This document shows, one piece after another, positions 38,702 to 42,409 of a stretch of 42,409 bases of DNA (its first letter is position 1; each line of letters opens with the position of its first letter). The stretch is from Chloroflexia bacterium. GTDB taxonomy: Bacteria; Chloroflexota; Chloroflexia; QHBQ01; JADMIH01. Under the pieces are notes generated by a model that saw only the letters and a program-made list of their open reading frames with translations, was not told where the DNA came from and did not search any database. The translations under genes were made by a program, and so were the position numbers. Where the stretch lies: NCBI GenBank assembly GCA_038231875.1, contig JBBSIX010000001.1, positions 1 to 42,409 of the forward strand, read 5' to 3'.

Positions 38702-39688
38702 CTATTCGTCGCTGGTTTGCGCCAACCGCTTCCAGTAGTGGTCCGTGTGGTACACTTCCCGCCACCCCATCTTACTATACAGCTTGCGAGCCGCAGTGTT
38801 GCGGTTCTCCACAAAGAGGGTAGCATCGGCCAACCCACGCCCGGCCAGGTAAGCCAGTGTTTGCAAAATCAGCGCCTCGGCGATACCCCGTCCCCTGTAG
38901 GCGGGCAGCACTCCCACAGTGCCTATGTAGCCGGTGGGCCGCCCGCCGATGAGGTCTATGCGCGCTCTGCTGGTGCCCACTTCGAGGCCGCCGGCCTTTT
39001 CAACCGCGAAGAAATAGCCGTCGGGAGACACCCCCTCTTCCCCAAGTTGGGCCTCTATTCCCTCGGTGGTGGCCGGTTCGTGGAAGCAGTCGCGGATAAG
39101 TTGCGCCCATCGCGCGGCGTCCTGCTCGTGCCTACGGAACACCCTGCACGTGATGCCTGCGGGCCACACAGGAGGCGGGGCTTCGGCGATGTCGCCCACG
39201 CGCATCTGCCAGTAGCTGGAATCCTGGTGGAAGCCGCGCCTTTGCAGGAAATCCACCGTGTCGAGGCATTGTTCGTTGGGGCCGACGAACACCGGGGTAG
39301 TAAGGTGAGTTACACCCAGGCTGCGCGCCCGCTCCTCAACCAGCCGGTACAGCGCACCGCCTACGCCCCTGTACCTGAAGCGAGGCGCAACCGCCATTTC
39401 GAAGCTCAATCTTGGTGTGCCCCCGCCGAGCTTCACGGTCTGGAAGTAGGCGGCCAGTGCGCCGCCGGAGGCCGGCAGCACGCTCACATCGCTCTCCGGG
39501 TTGACCCCGCGCCTGCGCCAGCGATACCGAACATCGTCCCCGGCAACGGGTACACTGGGGGGCCAGGCGCGTGCTTCAGCGAGCAGTTGTTTGAGGGCGG
39601 GCAGGTCGTGCGGTTGGTAGAGGCGCAGACCGCTCAGGAGGCGGTCAGTGCCGGGCGGGGGTCCGGCCTGGTAGTTTTCGGCGCGCAT
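38702..39688 (-). CDS. tandem-GNAT N-acetyltransferase (two acetyltransferase domains, MshD-like architecture)
   Basis: Two Q/RxxGxG/A-type acetyl-CoA loops: PRFRYRGVGGALY and LPAYRGRGIAEAL. Its length and two-domain layout resemble mycothiol-synthase-type GNATs. Confidence 0.75.
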   Translation of the reverse strand: MRAENYQAGPPPGTDRLLSGLRLYQPHDLPALKQLLAEARAWPPSVPVAGDDVRYRWRRRGVNPESDVSVLPASGGALAAYFQTVKLGGGTPRLSFEMAVAPRFRYRGVGGALYRLVEERARSLGVTHLTTPVFVGPNEQCLDTVDFLQRRGFHQDSSYWQMRVGDIAEAPPPVWPAGITCRVFRRHEQDAARWAQLIRDCFHEPATTEGIEAQLGEEGVSPDGYFFAVEKAGGLEVGTSRARIDLIGGRPTGYIGTVGVLPAYRGRGIAEALILQTLAYLAGRGLADATLFVENRNTAARKLYSKMGWREVYHTDHYWKRLAQTSDE

Positions 39689-39693
39689 CCTCT

Positions 39694-40698
39694 TTAGAAG
39701 TCACGCCTCACAGCGAAGTCGGCCAGGTCCAGGAGCGACTGCTTGATCGGAGCATCGGGGAGGTTGGTCAGGGCTGCTTTCGCCTCCGCCACAAAACGCT
39801 TCGCCTCGTCGCCGGCTCGCTCTATCGCTCCCGACTCGTTGATCAGGGAGATGGCACGCTCTACAAGAGCGTCCGAACGATCCTCGTTCTCGATCACCCG
39901 CCGGACCGCTTCTCGCCCCTCTTCGTCGGCGTGCTCCAGGTAGAACATCGTGGGCAGCGTCACGGTCCCCTGGCGCAGGTCGCCGCCAGTGGGCTTGCCA
40001 AGCTGCTCAGAGGTGGCGCGCAGGTCGAGTATGTCGTCCAATACCTGGAAGGCCATGCCCACCTGTCTCCCGTAGCGGCACAGGCTTTGTACCTGCTCCT
40101 CCGGCGCCTCGGAGAGCACGGCCCCTATCTCGGCGGCGGCTGCAAACAGCACGGCGGTCTTGGCGTAGATGCGCTTGTAGTACTGCTCGACGGAGCGGGT
40201 GACATGGTGGGTGGAGAGCTTTTGCTCGATCTCCCCTTCGGTGATCGTCACCAGTGTGTCGGCGAAGATGCGGGTAGCGCGTTGCTTGCCGCCCATCGTC
40301 GAAAGCACGGCGGACTTGGCGAAAATATAGTCTCCCACCAGCACGGTAGTGCCGGGGTCAATCAAAGAGTTGAGGGTAGGGAGGCCGCGCCGGATAAGAG
40401 CCTGGTCAATCGTGTCGTCGTGTACGAGCGAAGCAGTGTGCAGCAGTTCGATAGCCGCGCTCATCGGCACAAGGTACTCGCGGTTGTAGCTGTAGAAGCG
40501 TGCGGCCATGAACAAAATGGCGGGACGAAGGCGCTTGCCTCCGGCGGCTATGATCGCCTCGACCATTTGGCTGATGAACGGGTTGCCAATGGAAATAGTA
40601 GAGCGCAGTAAGCTGTCTATCTGGGCGATGTCAGCCGCCACAGGCTCTAGTATTTGCTTGAGGCTCAGGCTGGAATTGGATACCATGTCCGTTGTCAT
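39694..40698 (-). CDS. long-chain trans-polyprenyl diphosphate synthase (hepta/octaprenyl-type)
   Basis: First Asp-rich motif LVHDDTID and second FQVLDDILD. Also GKRLRP and KTAVLF. Confidence 0.9.
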   Translation of the reverse strand: MTTDMVSNSSLSLKQILEPVAADIAQIDSLLRSTISIGNPFISQMVEAIIAAGGKRLRPAILFMAARFYSYNREYLVPMSAAIELLHTASLVHDDTIDQALIRRGLPTLNSLIDPGTTVLVGDYIFAKSAVLSTMGGKQRATRIFADTLVTITEGEIEQKLSTHHVTRSVEQYYKRIYAKTAVLFAAAAEIGAVLSEAPEEQVQSLCRYGRQVGMAFQVLDDILDLRATSEQLGKPTGGDLRQGTVTLPTMFYLEHADEEGREAVRRVIENEDRSDALVERAISLINESGAIERAGDEAKRFVAEAKAALTNLPDAPIKQSLLDLADFAVRRDF

Positions 40699-40759
40699 TG
40701 GCGCACCCGCTCTTTATAGATTGGCACACTTACCGTCGCCGGCGGCAACACTCAAGAGG

Positions 40760-40788
40760 AGTATATCAAGCCCCACAAAGATTGTCAA
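40760..40788 (-). promoter_or_regulatory. sigma70-like promoter of the polyprenyl synthase-GNAT-phosphatase-folD-fhs operon (TTGACA-17 nt-TATACT)
   Basis: The minus strand has TTGACA at 40788-40783 and TATACT at 40765-40760 with an exact 17-nt spacer. About 55 nt upstream of the ATG at 40698. Confidence 0.6.
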
Positions 40789-40831
40789 GATTATCACAAT
40801 CTTTTCGATTTGGTTTCGTCAGTGTGCGGCG

Positions 40832-40840
40832 TGGTATAAT
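40832..40840 (+). promoter_or_regulatory. candidate extended -10 element for hemW (TGGTATAAT)
   Basis: TGn-TATAAT at 40832-40840, 60 nt upstream of the hemW ATG. No good -35. Confidence 0.35.
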
Positions 40841-40900
40841 TGCCTGTCTACGTCTTCTTTCTTTTCTTAATACGTTCTAACGGAGCTTACAGGTTCATTC

Positions 40901-42136
40901 ATGGCTGTTTCGATGTATCCTACAACTCACACAGCGCCCCACGACCTCTCCCTGTCGCACGCCCAATATAATTGGCGCGATGACCCTGTTGGGTTGTACC
41001 TCCATATTCCTTTCTGCGAGTCGAAGTGCATCTACTGCGACTTCAATTCTTATGCCGGCATGCAGGACAAATACGAGCCGTTTGTGCAGGCGCTGATTGC
41101 CGACCTACGCCGGGGGGCGGCCTGGAGTCTGGCGGGCGAGCCGGCTTGCGAGGGGGCCGCCATTTCGACCGTGTTCATAGGCGGGGGTACGCCGAGCGTG
41201 TTGAGGCCGCAGCAGATCGCGCGCATACTGGAGGCCGCCGGCTCGCGGTACAATATCGAGGCTGGGGCCGAAATCACGATGGAGGCCAATCCGGGCACGA
41301 TCAGCCTGGGGAACTTCCGGGGCTATTTGCAGGCAGGGGTGAATCGTCTGAGCATGGGCGTGCAGGTGCTCGACGATGCGATGCTCATGAAGCTGGGGCG
41401 CATCCACTCGGCGGCGGGCGCGCTGGAGTCTTACCGGCTGGCGCGTGAGGCCGGCTTCACCAACATCAATCTGGACTTTATCTTCGGCCTGCCCGGACAA
41501 AGCCTCAGCCACTTGGAGGGCACGTTGGAGCGGTTGCTCGCCATCACGCCTCTGCCCGACCACCTTTCTTGCTATTCGCTTATTGTTGAGGAGAATACGC
41601 CTCTGTACCGAGGTGTGGAGCGGGGGCTGATCTCGGTGCCGCAGGAAGATGAAGTGGCCGATATGTACGAGTTCATCGGCAGGCGGCTGCCCCTCTCCGG
41701 CTACACCCAGTATGAAATCTCCAACTGGACGCTGGGCAAACCTTGCAGGCACAATCTGGTCTACTGGCACGATGGGCGCTACCTGGCGTTCGGCCCCGGG
41801 GCGAGCGGCTACTGGGGAGACACGCGCTACACTACGGCGCTCAGTCCCGGCGAGTATATAAAGCTGGTGCGGCAGGGCAAGGCGGTGCAGGCCGAGACTA
41901 CGCAAGTAGACCGGCAGGACGAGATGGCCGAGGTGATGATATTGGGCCTGCGCCTGAACAGTGGGGTGAGGCTGGATAGCTTCAGGCGACGCTTTGGGAT
42001 AGCCATGCAGAGTGTGTACGGCCAGGTGATGGACGAACTGATGGGCGTGGGCTTGCTTGAGGTAGAGAGCGGCAGCTTGCGGCTTACCGAACGGGGCAGG
42101 CTGCTGGGCAACGAGGTGTTTGCGCGGTTTATCTAG
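40901..42136 (+). CDS. hemW: radical SAM heme chaperone HemW / oxygen-independent coproporphyrinogen-III-oxidase-like protein
   Basis: LHIPFCESKCIYCDFNS (CxxxCxxC), FIGGGTPS, NRLSMGVQ and a C-terminal HemN_C-like region. Confidence 0.88.
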   Translation: MAVSMYPTTHTAPHDLSLSHAQYNWRDDPVGLYLHIPFCESKCIYCDFNSYAGMQDKYEPFVQALIADLRRGAAWSLAGEPACEGAAISTVFIGGGTPSVLRPQQIARILEAAGSRYNIEAGAEITMEANPGTISLGNFRGYLQAGVNRLSMGVQVLDDAMLMKLGRIHSAAGALESYRLAREAGFTNINLDFIFGLPGQSLSHLEGTLERLLAITPLPDHLSCYSLIVEENTPLYRGVERGLISVPQEDEVADMYEFIGRRLPLSGYTQYEISNWTLGKPCRHNLVYWHDGRYLAFGPGASGYWGDTRYTTALSPGEYIKLVRQGKAVQAETTQVDRQDEMAEVMILGLRLNSGVRLDSFRRRFGIAMQSVYGQVMDELMGVGLLEVESGSLRLTERGRLLGNEVFARFI

Positions 42137-42409
42137 CGAGGCGCATCCGGGGGCAGAACGGGCAGTATCCCTCCGGCGGGCACGGCAGCAAGGCTGCTGT
42201 ACTACTACGCTCGGTACTATGACCCTGTGCTTGCCAGGTTTGTGTCGCCGGATAGCATAGTGCCTGGGGCCGCATCGGGAGTGGGAGGGGCAGGGGCACG
42301 GTGGGCGCTTGGCAGAACTCTCGCCTTACGGTAGACTTCCATGAGAGCGGGTTTGCATCATCTGCACAGGGGGAGAACCAACTTACTTTGCAGAAAGGGT
42401 TCAACTTTC
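42137..42409 (+). pseudogene. orphan RHS/YD-repeat core remnant (terminal core motif only), apparently frameshifted, continuing beyond the window
   Basis: The frame is open from the codon after the hemW TAG and has no start codon. It reads ...AARLLYYYARYYDPVLARFVSPDSIVPGAASGVGGAG..., the hallmark (Y)YxARYYDPxLGRFxSxD end of RHS-associated core domains. It stops at 42332-42334, and a second frame open from 42256 runs to the window end (GTVGAWQNSRLTVDFHESGFASSAQGENQLTLQKGFNF). Confidence 0.55.

Noticed and set aside
42129-42404. 91-aa minus-strand ORF at the window end
   Set aside because: It is the antisense shadow of the RHS core remnant, and the plus strand carries the diagnostic YYYARYYDP...RFVSPD motif. 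The minus-strand product is Pro/Cys/Trp-rich with no signals, and its 3' end overlaps hemW.

Overview
High-GC bacterial chromosomal segment made up mostly of core housekeeping genes. Several domain features suggest a Chloroflexota-like organism, though this is only an inference: SLH domains carrying a CGGPGEPCDP insert, secreted proteins with 'YWxxxGGL...QYFER' repeats, and a long RpoC. I can support 29 protein-coding genes, one tRNA-Leu(UAG), several sigma70-like promoters and three intrinsic terminators.

Gene order:
- SNase/Excalibur nuclease, a lipoprotein, tRNA-Leu and a secreted S9-like hydrolase.
- rpmB, divergent from asp23-fakA(yloV)-degV-degV-recG, then a DinB-like gene.
- On the minus strand, vanZ, a GT-A glycosyltransferase, a flippase-like protein, YfhO, ybjQ and a Zn-ribbon/DUF2007 protein.
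- An SLH-anchored glycoside hydrolase and a PBP5-type D,D-carboxypeptidase.
- A Gly/Gln-rich hypothetical protein, aspS and a small membrane protein.
- rpoC and rpoB with their own promoter, not preceded by rplJL.
- A tightly packed minus-strand operon: polyprenyl synthase, tandem GNAT, histidine phosphatase, folD, fhs.
- hemW.

I do not see a complete mobile element, CRISPR array, prophage or recognisable defence island, and I cannot honestly name a new multi-gene system here.

The observations most worth a second look:
1. A dispersed MITE-like repeat of about 185 bp, present as two full copies, one deleted copy and one truncated copy, all in promoter-proximal intergenic DNA.
2. A 270-bp nested inverted-repeat 'rod' at 18416-18685. 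It could be a second MITE family or a structured RNA.
3. An orphan RHS/YD core remnant (YYYARYYDPVLARFVSPDSIVPG). It starts in frame directly after the hemW stop codon, has an apparent frameshift, and runs off the window edge.
4. An unclassifiable 305-aa protein downstream of aspS.
5. Lineage-specific additions to RpoC and to the D,D-carboxypeptidase.
6. Several palindromic candidate operators.

All functional calls come from reading motifs by eye. No database search was run.
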